A DNA stretch of 48,971 nt from NCBI GenBank assembly GCA_032718475.1, contig JAUCBJ010004784.1, positions 1-48,971 of the forward strand, given 5' to 3'. Position numbers and translations under genes: made by a program. Positions 38,112 to 48,971 of this stretch are shown here, one piece after another; within the stretch, counting starts at the first letter, position 1, and every line of letters starts with the position of its first letter. Under the pieces are notes generated by a model. The model was not told the DNA's origin, made no database searches, and was given only the letters and a program-made list of their open reading frames with translations. The stretch is from Nemertoderma westbladi (lineage: Eukaryota; Animalia; Xenacoelomorpha).

Positions 38112-38775
38112 CTCGCATACAAATATACAACTCTGGTTGAAAAGAAACAACTGACGTCGTCGATCCACATTTTTGACTACTTCTGAAGGAAACACCATCA
38201 TATTATTTATTGCAGTTACATTATCAGCTCCAGCTCAACCCTAATTCATGTACCTAACATTTTCTATTTTTATTTTATTGGATCCCAAATGATCTACAGT
38301 ATAGACTATCAGGACATCATTATATTACCACATCTACAGTACAACGTAGTAGATCCTTCTTCGCTCCTTGATCAATGAGATTCAATGACTCCCATGCCAA
38401 TAATGGCACGGGATCATGTTGAACAGACTCAACCTAAATTTGAATATATTTTGTAGCCTAATATCGATTGCTGACTCCACCATGGCTGCTTTCATAGAAT
38501 TAATTTACACGAATAAATCTCACAAAGATTAGCAATTTCTTCTGTGCAGTATAGCAACAGAAGATTATTTAAACGCGAAATTTATAAGAAGGTAAAACAC
38601 GTTTGCATTACGCGTTTGCGACGCGTAAGGCCAATATTACATAACTATCTTTGTTGAACTGTTATGTTATTTTGTACGAGTAACTATTACTTAGTCCAAG
38701 GACTGTTATAAGGTGTCCGAGGCGAAGCTGACCCCCCACAACTTTTCTACAAATCTTTATCATAATATGATAAAG

Positions 38776-39081
38776 AAAAAACATTTATTTTTTTGAAAAA
38801 AAATTTATTTTTTTGAAAAAAAATTTATTTTTTTGAAAAAAAATTTATTTTTTTGAAAAAAAATTTATTTTTTTGAAAAAAAATTTATTTTTTTGAAAAA
38901 AAATTTATTTTTTTGAAAAAAAATTTATTTTTTTGAAAAAAAATTTATTTTTTTGAAAAAAAATTTATTTTTTTGAAAAAAAATTTATTTTTTTGAAAAA
39001 AAATTTATTTTTTTGAAAAAAAATTTATTTTTTGGAAAAAAAAATTTATTTTTTTGAAAAAAAAATTATTTTTTTGAAAAA
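38776..39081. repeat. 20-bp A/T-tract tandem repeat, about 15 copies
   Basis: AAATTTATTTTTTTGAAAAA repeated nearly perfectly. Confidence 0.95.
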
Positions 39082-39378
39082 TATAATGATAGGGTGCTGA
39101 ATGTAGAACGTGCATCATTTACTCCTCTCGTTTTTACCTCTAGCGGTGCTGCAGGACCTGAGTGTGGCCGATTTTTAACGCATCTTGCTGGTCGTCTGGC
39201 GGAGAAGCGTGACTCCACATATTCATCGGTTGCACATTGGTTGCGATGTCGACTTTCCTTCAGCATACTCCGTACAACTGGGCTTTGCCTTCGAGGTCAC
39301 CGTAGTCCTCTTTCCTATACCACCGTGCCAGCAGAGGATCCGCGGCTTACTTCCAACCTATGCCCCTCTTTTTCCTAA
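39082..39378 (+). mobile_element. 3' coding fragment of a CRE-clade non-LTR retrotransposon (restriction-like endonuclease C-terminus)
   Basis: YNDRVLNVERASFTPLVFTSSG..G.E...F...LA..LAEKR...YS....WLRCRLSFSILR....CLRG matches the C-terminal pattern I recall for animal CRE elements. Confidence 0.75.
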
Positions 39379-39965
39379 ATGTTTTAAGGGGTGCGGCGAT
39401 CGAAAGGTGATGAAAAGTTACTGCGACACGATGCCTACGGATAGGAACCGCATAATATACCTCAACAATCTCGCTAATTCGCTGCGTCCAAGCAGAACAT
39501 ATCGTAGTGAAGTATACTGTGAGGGTGTCAGACTCTTGATATGATGAGAAGATATTTTGTTGAAAAAAATTTTAAATTTACAAAAAAAAAATTTTTTTGG
39601 TTAGGGGCCTAAATGTTTTTTTGAAAATTTTACAACATTTTTTTTTAATAGTTCATTAACAATATTAATAGTTTCAAAGTGTTAAAAGTTTGATAAAAAG
39701 CCGAATAACATTGACCTGCCTAATTATATAGCAAGAATTGCTATGATATTATTAACCTTTTCAATTTTTTTTAAAAACAAAATTATTTTGAAAAGAGCTA
39801 CCCGAATCACCTTCACATAAATCGCTATAACTTTTTGTTGGAAATAGATATTGAGACACCGTTTTTTTGTTAAAATCTCTGTAAAATTCTGCATCTCATA
39901 GGCCTAATAACTCAAAATCAACCTCCGGTAACATAAGGTCCCTCCCTTTTCTCGTAGCCAGCCAC

Positions 39966-40346
39966 ATATTGCTTGAAATTTTAAACACTACTAGTTCCAC
40001 TCACCGCACCTTCGATGTCCACCGGAATTTTCGATCTTGCGATGGCCTGCAGCGAACAATACTTCTTACAATCTTTGAACGCCTATATTTCAGCTGTTTC
40101 TCAACGACATTCAGATATTGTTACATATTTGGAATCCTTGCAACGCAAGCTTTCTATTGATATGATTACGACTAATGCGAAGAATGCCCTCGATACGGCG
40201 GGTGCGATTTCGCAAAAGATACTTTTTTAAAACGCTTATGAAAAAAATTTACAGGCAAAATCGAAAATGCAGGTTTCATCGACATGCAGGTTTCGTGGAC
40301 ATCGACAGTGAGTGGAACTAATAGTGTTTCAAATTTCAAGCAATAT
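39966..40346. repeat. Inverted repeat pair (arms about 70-90 bp), MITE-like
   Basis: ATATTGCTTGAAATTTTAAACACTACTAGTTCCACTCAC versus GTGAGTGGAACTAATAGTGTTTCAAATTTCAAGCAATAT. Confidence 0.8.
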
Positions 40347-40618
40347 AATAAGATTTTTAGGGGGTGTCTGTTTCATCAGAAAATGAAACTATAATGCGGG
40401 TCCTGGTGTGAATTTTTTTTTAATATATAATATATATTTGTAATTTTTTATTTCAAATAATTAAAATTAAAATATATGTCAGTGTATATATGCGAAATGT
40501 AGAAAACTAGCTGCATAAAAAAAGTCAAGTTAAAACAGGAAAACAGGAAGGTTAAAAGTTAACTTATATGTCGATCGATGTTAATCGATTTTTGTTAGTC
40601 GTTTGTAATAACTATTTA

Positions 40619-40751
40619 TATTCTTGTGTGTAAAGTAGCACTTTACAGTGCGTTGATTTGAATGGCTTTGTTACACGAACGAATGTTAGTGAGTGAGTGA
40701 AAATAAAGCCACGAGGATCAGAACACTGTAAAGTACTTTGCAACAAGTATG
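40619..40751. repeat. Imperfect palindrome of about 130 bp
   Basis: ACTTTACAGTG..TGGCTTTGTTACAC versus GTGAAAATAAAGCCA..CACTGTAAAGT. Confidence 0.6.
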
Positions 40752-43724
40752 TATGTAGTTTTATTCCAAAATTTTAACATTACGAAATGATTGTACATAT
40801 ACATCATAAGTAATAGAAACTGCACATATTATATTAGTTGCTGTATAAATAAATGTAAAAATGACATAAATTATGTTATAAATAAGTTAGCTTATATTTA
40901 TTGTGGCGTTTTGGCTGGTTATATGTATATCAAATAGCTGTTAACTACTGTACTTAAATACGAACTACAAATCCGTAACTTTGTACACAATTAAATGGAA
41001 AATCATAAAAAAAAAAAAAAAATGAAATGAAACGAAACGAAAATATATATTATTGTTATGATTCAGTTTTATAATCAACTGTATAATTCCAGTCGTCCAT
41101 ATGCGTTGACGTCCAGGTGGGATCAAACTACAGACAATAATATATTAGTTTTTATACGGTACTGTTGAGCACAGTGACTTCAGATAATTTGAATATTGAC
41201 ATTTATATGAGGCCGTAAATAGCTGACATTAAAGGTATGAGGTGGTATTTCCAGGCCTACCTTTTATCTGAGCCGCTAGCGGTTTTAGAGCGCCAGACTT
41301 CCAAGCAAACAGTCAAGACGTAATATTATCTTAATAATAATAATACTTCAGGTCAGTAATGGTTGACCGATGCGCCTGTAAATAGCCTCTCGTCAACAAG
41401 TCAACCCCACCGACTAGCGGTACTGGCTGTTTTTGCTGACGGGGCTCTGTCGAACAACGCGTCCCTGATAGCAGTAAAGGGGGTCTCTTTATTGAGGGGC
41501 AGTATTATTATTGCCGCGGAACTGCCCCAACTCATCACCTCTCCCACTCCCGCTCTCCGACGAAAATGAACATAAAATCAACACACACCAACCCGCTACC
41601 CTACCCCACACCGCGACACCTACCCACACCTACGATCTGAAAGATTGTACCCAATACAAAAAAACAGGATAAGTTGAATCATACAACTAAAGCGGTAAGC
41701 TTGCAAGACGAATGCATGATTCACTGAGAATATCGGTCATAATCTCACTTCATGCAATACTGTACATATTGTACAAAACTTTTACTAAAATAATTGCAAT
41801 GCTCACTCACCTATCATTTCGCCGAGTGTCAATACATACTCTTACATACTCATGCATGTTAAAAATTAAGGTAAATGGTACTGTACAAATCTGACTAATA
41901 CTGGGATTGTAATTCATCTAGCATGATATAAACTAACGAACAAATTGGCAATTATTATGACTGATATTTACTTCCTTTTCATGTATATTTTTCAGAAATA
42001 TTTCAAATGCATTGATTTACATATTTTCAGGCCCTCCCCTTCATCCCATTTTACCAAATTTTTACTTTCACGGATTTTAAGTTCCATGCGGTATAGGGTT
42101 CCGCAACTTTTAGTGGCAACACTAGAGACATCTAACCCAGGGTAGGGTATTCCTTAAATACCCCCTGTAGGTGTTGGGCTGGGCTCCTATGGGTAAGATA
42201 CAGCATAGCGCACTACCCAACTAACAAATTTCCACTAAATCTTCCACTTTCTTCTCTAAAACGCTCAAACGACCGTCCCAACTTCAGAAAAACAGAATAA
42301 AATTGGATTAGTTAGTAATAAATACTATTACTATTTAATAAAGGTTCTATACCTATAATGATAACGGACAATATCTCTACTAAATACCCAACAAAACAAT
42401 CCATCTAAGCACTTATTCCCAATTAACAGATTACAATTACATCTCACTATACCACATCAAAAATCAATGTCACATCACCACTGCCATTTCATTACATTTA
42501 TAATGATATCAACAACCCAAAGACCATTTGCTATCATCTCATTGATAAAGCGCGATTTTATTGATGGAGATAAAATTATACCCCGTTATATTGAATATTC
42601 ACTAAGCATCAACCTGAAAAGAACAAACCAACAACATCTATTTGAAATTTTTTAAAACGAATAAACATGTCAACGTTGATTTATGACTCCAGCTAATGGA
42701 CTATAAACAAACACCAGTGACTCTCGGATTACAGACCTTCCAACCACCACCCAATGCTCCCATTCCTACACCATTAATGAAACACTCATAACCGACCACC
42801 CAAATAGATATATATGTATACTGTATATATATATACAGTACATGTGTATATTTCATTAGAAACAGACTTAAACTAATTATAATCTAATTGAATAAAATAC
42901 TCCTAAATTCGTCTATAAATTTATTGACGGGTTGATGTCCTGTAAATTAATGTTGCTCAGCTAATTTGAGGATCTTCTATTATACCACCAGCACACATCC
43001 CTGCCACACAATGACTTCTTTGTGGTGCAAATGGTGGTGACATATGGCTACATGCCGTAGTCATCAGAAATATATCTTTTGAAATTAAATATTGGCCATA
43101 AAGTGGCTGACTCATTTTCCTGTAGCTAATTATTCCTGAGTTAAAGTTGATCCATTTAAATATCAACATGGATCTAGTAGATTATTAATTTAGCTGTATT
43201 GATAAATATTTATGCAATGCGTAAATAACACATATCACCGAATATTTAGAAACGTCTCCAGTGAAACCAATACGTCCCCATTAAGAAAGCTCACCAGCAG
43301 CAGAGGACCAAGAAAATTTGTTTTACAATTATTAATATTATTGATTGTTATTTCATGAGCACCCAATTCAAATGGAAGAATCGACTTCGGAAGAGTTTTA
43401 TTTATTTTACGATTGTGCTGCACACATCCAGAGATGTTGTGCCCAGGCCACGAAATTAAGAAAAAACTTTTCTAAATTTTTTCCTTCCAAGCAAAATTTA
43501 TCTACAATTTTGAATTGCTATAACTAACGAATAATTATTGGAAAGATATTTTCATCGCTTGTCGTACTCAACGCAAGGTAAGCGAAAAGACAACGGTAAA
43601 TAAAGAATGTGATAGTTCGACTAACTACTGTAGGCCTATGCTGTCATATAATGGCGATAAGTCCTATATAACAAACAGTAAATGTACATCGTATTTGAAG
43701 TAAAAAATGCAGTACTCTTATTCC

Positions 43725-43960
43725 GAGACAGGGGGGAAAACTGGTCGGAAATCCCATCTTGGCGAATTAATATCCCTCCTCAATGTTAAATTCTCAATTT
43801 AGGGAAAGGGGCAGCTTACAGAGGCACGTTATTTTAACCAAAACAATAAACTAAACACAATAGAACAGGTTACAGTTTTATTTTTATGAGTAATCAGCCT
43901 TTACTTGCGTCGAATTTCCCCTGGAAAGGGATAAATATTTATTGCGTCCAGTCCCCCCCC
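43725..43960. mobile_element. Short MITE-like repeat, copy 1
   Basis: Homologous to 44877-45066; ends GGG..ACTGG and ATTGCGTCCAGTCCC are inverted. Confidence 0.6.
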
Positions 43961-44876
43961 CCCCCCCCCCCCCCCCCTCTTTCTGCTTATCCCACGAAAA
44001 AAATTGAAAATTTCATCGCCCTCAACTTTAAGAATTGATAATAAAACCTTTGCAATATAATATAATATCTATGGAAAATAATAACAATAGTTTATGGCAA
44101 ATAAAATTAGCGTTTCAGTTAATATTTTTCACCATCAATAATTTACAGTAGTATTAAATAAGTAGGCGTTACCTTAGTTAGTTAGGCTTTATTTGAATTG
44201 ATTTCTACTAGGGGTTTTCCCAGCTACTGTAGTAGTGTCTGATTTAACTCAAGTAAATTAAAAAAAAAAAATATATAATTATTTTAAATTATGTTGTGTA
44301 ATGTTGTAACTGTGTCCTACAATATAATCATATACAGTAAATCGCTGTACACACTGTAGATAGGTTATGCTATAAATGTCCATGTGTTGGGAATGAAGAA
44401 AGCATAATTATAATTAAGATATGGATTTTTCCACACAAGATATTATATACAAGATTACCCTTAAGTAATTCACTACCATGCACCATCACAGTTACTCAGG
44501 GATTATTTTAATTAATATGTTAGCTCGTACACATGGTAAATTCGATTACTGCAGAGATGATACACCCCCCCCCCCCCCCCATGATATCAATTACGTAACA
44601 TACTTAGGCTATGTAATAAATACTGTATTAAATTGACCTTAGTTTAATGCAATGTACGAATGTTTAAGAATAGTGTTTTTGCTTCAGGTGTACGAAATGA
44701 AACGCAATGTACCTGGTAGTGTGGGGTAGATAGATAACTTGATAGATTTATTTATACATTATGTAAAAATCAATAACAAATACACCAAACAATGTACAGG
44801 TATTGTCCAACATAACATATAGGATTACCTATAAAGCTTTTCAGATTTTCAAGGGGGTCCTTTTTGTTACTTGGTT

Positions 44877-45066
44877 GAGACAAGGGGGGGAACTGGACGC
44901 AAATCCCATCTTGGCGAATTTATATCCCGCCTCAATGTTAAATTTTCAATTTAGGGAAAGATAACACAATATAACAGGTTACAGTTTTATTTTTGAGAGT
45001 AATCAGCTGTTATTTGCGTCCAATTTCGCCTGGAGAGGGATTAATTTTTATTGTATCCAGTTCCCT
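44877..45066. mobile_element. Short MITE-like repeat, copy 2
   Basis: GGGAACTGGACGCAA ... TTGTATCCAGTTCCC inverted termini; shares AAATCCCATCTTGGCGAATT with copy 1. Confidence 0.65.
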
Positions 45067-45374
45067 CAAGACCTGTACAAAACACATGTGTTAATTTTCG
45101 TTTATTGTTTTGGTTCCCCCAACACGCCTCTGTAACCTGCTCCCTTACTAACCTGCTCCTTTAAATGGCAATGAGACCTAACGCTCTTTGGGACCTAACG
45201 CGACTTTACCTCTTTGTTTTGTACATCTTGGGTCTTTCGTGCTCACCCCTAGGACCTGTTCCTTTTTAATCTTATTTTTGTATAAGTTTTATTCATTATT
45301 TTAACCATATATTGTCGCCTCATGCAAAAAATTTAATAATACAAATAATAATAATAATACCATAAGTTCAAACT

Positions 45375-46000
45375 CTCCCGCTAGAGGGCTACATGTGTAA
45401 GCATTAATGTTTTTCCATTTCTTTGCTTTTAATCCGCACATGCTGAAACTAGGCCAATTTGCACTACAACATTGGCTGTGTGTTTCGATGGGGGCTAACC
45501 CGGCTAACGCTAGAGGGCGAAATGTCTGAAATAGAAATCCTTGACCCATTCCGTTATTTCTGATCCGTTCAAGCTGAAACTTGTCAGAACTTGTGCTAGA
45601 ACACACCTTGTGTTTTTGTGCGGTCGATAATCGGTCTGCAGTTCTCCAGTATGCCGCTAGAGACCGAAATGTTTAAAAGAGAAAACGTTCTCCCATTTCT
45701 GTTATTTTATTTTGTTTAAGCTGAATCGTGGCATATATGTACTATAGGCCTACCAGATGGTGCGTCTTTTTGGTTGGTTTTTCTTTTGTGGTTGGTTCTT
45801 TTTTGGTTGGTCCACAGTTCTCTAATCCGCCGCTGGAGGGCGAAATGTTAAGTGAAAACCTTACATCGTTTCCTTATTTTAATCCGTTTCATCTGAAACT
45901 TGGCAGACATGGTATAGACTGTATACCATCCATAGGATACGTCTTTGTTGGGTCGGTAATCCCTCGGCAGTTCTACAGTCTACCGCTAGTGGGTTGAAAT
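45375..46000. repeat. Old tandem repeat with 130-175 bp period
   Basis: CGCTAGAGGGCGAAATG-like motif near 45379, 45508, 45656, 45831 and 45984, with TGAAACT motifs in between. Confidence 0.6.
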
Positions 46001-46008
46001 GAAAACAT

Positions 46009-46381
46009 TCAAAAATGGATACCATCTGGAAATAAGATCTCTCCAGTCACCTGAAGACTAAGTTCTTTCGAGCCACAGTGGAAGTGTATTTTTATACGGG
46101 GGTGAGACCTGGACACTGACGAAATCACTTGAACAACGAATTTATGGTTGCTACGCAAGACTACTAAGGGCAGCCCTAAACATCAGCTGGAGACAACACA
46201 TGACAAACGCCGAGATTTATGGTACAATATCACCTGTATCAACCACACTCCATGAACGCAGATTAAGATTCAGTGGGCAGTGCAGTGCTGGAGAAGTAAA
46301 GAAAAGGTTATATCAGATCTACGTTTCTGGCAACCAACATATGGAAAGCGTAGCCGTGTACGATCGGCTATGATATATATA
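46009..46381 (+). mobile_element. Fragment of the same RTE family as 3017-5091
   Basis: Aligns to about 4591-4965 (TCAAAAATGGATACCATCTGG...) with small indels. Confidence 0.92.
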
Positions 46382-46716
46382 TGTAATATTATGGTTTTGT
46401 TCAGATAGAGAAACTACTGAGTAAGAGCCAAAACGGATTTCGACCAAGTAGATCAACAATAGGTCAGACTATCCCACCTAATCCACTTCTATTGAACAGA
46501 CAGTCTTAAGTTACATATCCTATCGTGAATGTCAATGTCAGGGACAAGTGGCTGAACTGGTTAGCGCTACTGATGAGGCCTGTTAGGCTGAAACGTACGT
46601 CTGGCGCTGGTTCAACCCCCGGTGACGCGCTGTCTCATTTTTTCCATTTCTGAACAAAACCATAATATTACATCCTTAATTACAGTTGCATCAACAGCTC
46701 AACTCCAATTTATTTA
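46382..46716 (+). mobile_element. Hammerhead-carrying short retroelement (retrozyme/Penelope-type) insertion
   Basis: 13-bp direct repeat TATGATATATATA at 46369-46381 and 46717-46729; 25-bp inverted copy of its own tail at the 5' end; related copies at 47490-47785. Confidence 0.7.
46553..46614 (+). ncRNA. Type I hammerhead ribozyme
   Basis: Stem I AGCGCTA/TGGCGCT plus TGAACT/GGTTCA; CTGATGA 46570-46576; stem II GGCCT-GTT-AGGCT; GAAA 46590-46593; minimal palindromic stem III ACGTACGT; GUC triplet with predicted cut after 46601. Confidence 0.85.
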
Positions 46717-46974
46717 TATGATATATATAGACTATAATTACTGTAGACTGTAATGATTACTAGCTGGCGGTGCTTGCCCACCGCGAAAGAAGCTCTCTAG
46801 CTTCAGACGACTGATAAACTGTCCACCTCTTGGTTCAAGTTATTGGAGTTATCTCTATGGAGTTAGTTCTGGGAGGATCGCGCTGGAAATAAGTTGTCAG
46901 ACTTTGTGTGTAATCCCTAGCATAACGATCTAAGAAAACTTTACTTTACTTAACTTTACTTACAGAAAATTCAC

Positions 46975-47160
46975 TTGGTAAATAAACACTGCCTACGGGT
47001 TAACTTTGATAAGTAATAAACATTGCCTACGGGTTAACTTTGGTAAGTAAACATGGCCTACGGGTTAACTTTGGTAAGTAAACATTGCATACGGGTTAAC
47101 TTTGGTAAGTAAACATTGCCTACGGGTTAACTTTGATAAGTAAATTGCCTACGGGTTAAC
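46975..47160. repeat. Minisatellite of about 31 bp, 6 copies
   Basis: TGGTAAGTAAACATTGCCTACGGGTTAACTT tandem units. Confidence 0.9.
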
Positions 47161-47489
47161 ATTTCAAACGACATTACTAGCGGTGATCGAATTGTTATTT
47201 GAAAATAATAGTAATACATTATATTTAAAAATCAAAAATGAGACCGGTTTGTTTTATACCAGTTTCTTATACAGAGTTATACTAAAGTAAACACTACACC
47301 GAGCAATCCCTGCAATGCATTAAATATTATTGATTAATTTTAAATAATTATTGCAATCTAATGCCAGACTGTGGTAGGGTTGGAGCCACTGCTGGGCCTA
47401 GCTTTACCGATGTTGTTCTAATGTACTGCTGTTACCAGCGAGCGTAATAGTACCAATCCGTTAATAATTGGTTTGAATCGATAATGAAA

Positions 47490-47640
47490 TGATTGGAGTT
47501 GAGCTGTTAATTTAACTATATTAAATGTTATTATGATATGACTTTGTTCAGAAATAGAAAAAAGTAGGAAGCACGTCACCGGGGGTTGAACCAGCGCTAT
47601 CTAAGACTGTCTGTTAAATATAAGTGGATTAGATGGGAGA
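47490..47640 (-). mobile_element. Inverted copy of the hammerhead element lacking the catalytic core
   Basis: Reverse complement matches 46471-46508, then jumps to 46602-46710. Confidence 0.75.
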
Positions 47641-47658
47641 GGAAGGGTCAGGGGGGAG

Positions 47659-47728
47659 TGACTAAACTGGTAGTACTACTGACGATGTCAGATAGGCCGA
47701 AACGCGTGTATGGCGCTAGTTCAACCCC
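47659..47728 (+). ncRNA. Diverged type I hammerhead ribozyme copy
   Basis: CTGACGA 47679-47685, weakened stem II TGTC/GGCC, GAAA 47699-47702, GUA triplet ending at 47710, then TGGCGCTAGTTCAACCCC. Confidence 0.65.
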
Positions 47729-48002
47729 GGGTAATGTGCTTCATTAATTTTCCATTTCTGAAAAAATCGTATTATAATATCATAAATCGATAATGAATCT
47801 AAGAAGTGTTCCTGTATTGTGGTGGGCAACTGTATGGGGGAGGTGTACGTTTATCGTGTTTGTAGATTCTTTATATTAAATAAAACTATTTTAAGCTATG
47901 TTTGTCGCGAATCAGACGCTAAAAAGCACACAGATCTTATTTTTGGCTTTATTTATTATAATAAATATTATGCTGCATTCGATGGGTACATTTCCTATAT
48001 CA

Positions 48003-48971
48003 TACTTTCACGCATAGTGTAACGTAAGTAGAGAATCGATATTACTTCACCCGTAGTGTAACGCAAGTAGAGAATCGACATTACTTCACCCGTAGTGTAA
48101 CGTAAGTAGAGAATCGACATTACTTCACCCGTAGTGTAACGTAAGTATAGAATCGACATTACTTCACCCGTAGTGTAACGTAAGTAGAGAATCGACATTA
48201 CTTCACCCTTAGTGTAACGTAAGTAGAGAATCGACATTACTTCACCCGTAGTGTAACATATGTAGAGAATCGACATTACTTCACCCGTAGTGTAACGTAA
48301 GTATAGAGAATCGACATTACTTCACCCGTAGTGTAACGTAAGTATAGAGAATCGACATTACTTCACCCGTAGTGTAACGTAAGTAGAGAATCGACATTAC
48401 TTCACCCGTAGTGTAACGTAAGTATAGAGAATCGACATTACTTCACCCGTAGTGTAACATAAGTAGAGAATCGACATTACTTCACCCGTAGTGTAACGTA
48501 AGTAGAGAATCGACATTATTTCACCCTTATTGTAACGTAAGTAGAGAATCGACATTACTTCACCCGTAGTGTAACGTAAGTAAGATAATCGACATTATTT
48601 CACCCGTAGTGTAACGTAAGTATAGATAATCGACATTATTTCACCCGTAGTGTAACGTAAGTAGAGAATCGACATTACTTCACCCGTATTGTAACGTAAG
48701 AAGAGAATCGACATTATTTCACCCTTATTGTAACGTAAGTAGAGAATCGACATTACTTCACCCGTAGTGTAACGTAAGTAGAGAATCGACATTACTTCAC
48801 CCGTAGTGTAACGTATGAAGAGAATAGACATTACGTCACCCGTAGTGTAACGTAAGTAGAGAATCGACATTACTTCACCCGTAGTGTAACGTAAGTAGAG
48901 AATCGACATTACTTCACCCGTAGTGTAACGTAAGTAGAGAATCGACATTACTTCACCCGTAGTGTAACGTA
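48003..48971. repeat. Second array of the 39-bp satellite, running off the window
   Basis: Same unit and orientation as 31199-38049, with some 41-bp (+TA) variants. Confidence 0.97.

Noticed and set aside
31827-38201. 2124-aa ORF annotated as a protein-coding gene
   Set aside because: Explained by a stop-free 13-codon satellite unit; kept only as a low-interest finding. The same applies to ORFs at 31078-31811 and 47995-48948.
40619-40751. microRNA precursor
   Set aside because: Arms have many mismatches and indels; a decayed palindromic repeat is the simpler reading without small-RNA data.
41990-42100. Minus-strand peptide ELKIRESKNLVKWDEG as a Penelope GIY-YIG C-terminus
   Set aside because: Resemblance too short and no upstream GIY-YIG motifs seen; needs a profile search.
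46541-46625. tRNA gene
   Set aside because: A/B-box-like motifs are present but there is no acceptor stem or anticodon arm; the interior is a hammerhead core.
46760-46962. 3' end of a CR1/L2-type LINE with an (ACTTT)n tail
   Set aside because: Only the short tail repeat supports it; no coding remnant recognised.

Overview
AT-rich, intron-containing animal (probably invertebrate) genomic DNA, mostly transposons and tandem repeats. Host genes: two tandem minus-strand paralogs of a GT32 (DXD) alpha-1,4-glycosyltransferase about 29.5 kb apart, one complete with two exons at 27813-30486, the other present only as exon 1 at 407-1015. Between them: a Mutator/Foldback-like element with 9-bp TSD, RTE-clade LINE remnants, a truncated Ty3/Gypsy element whose 3' LTR holds a piggyBac-like MITE, a young non-autonomous BEL/Pao element (1197-bp LTRs, 5-bp TSD, intact gag-protease ORF, no RT or integrase), and an inverted-repeat-bounded unit with a HECT E3 ligase fragment and a 20-bp satellite. 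The right half has two arrays of a 39-bp satellite, a CRE-clade LINE fragment, MITE-like repeats and a small family of hammerhead-ribozyme elements. Most interesting: (1) a type I hammerhead whose stem I is made of Pol III A-box/B-box-like sequences, inside a chimeric TSD-flanked insertion; (2) clustered phase-0 consensus splice donors at Gag domain boundaries of the BEL element, with acceptors directly followed by stop codons. All calls were made by eye; no searches were run.
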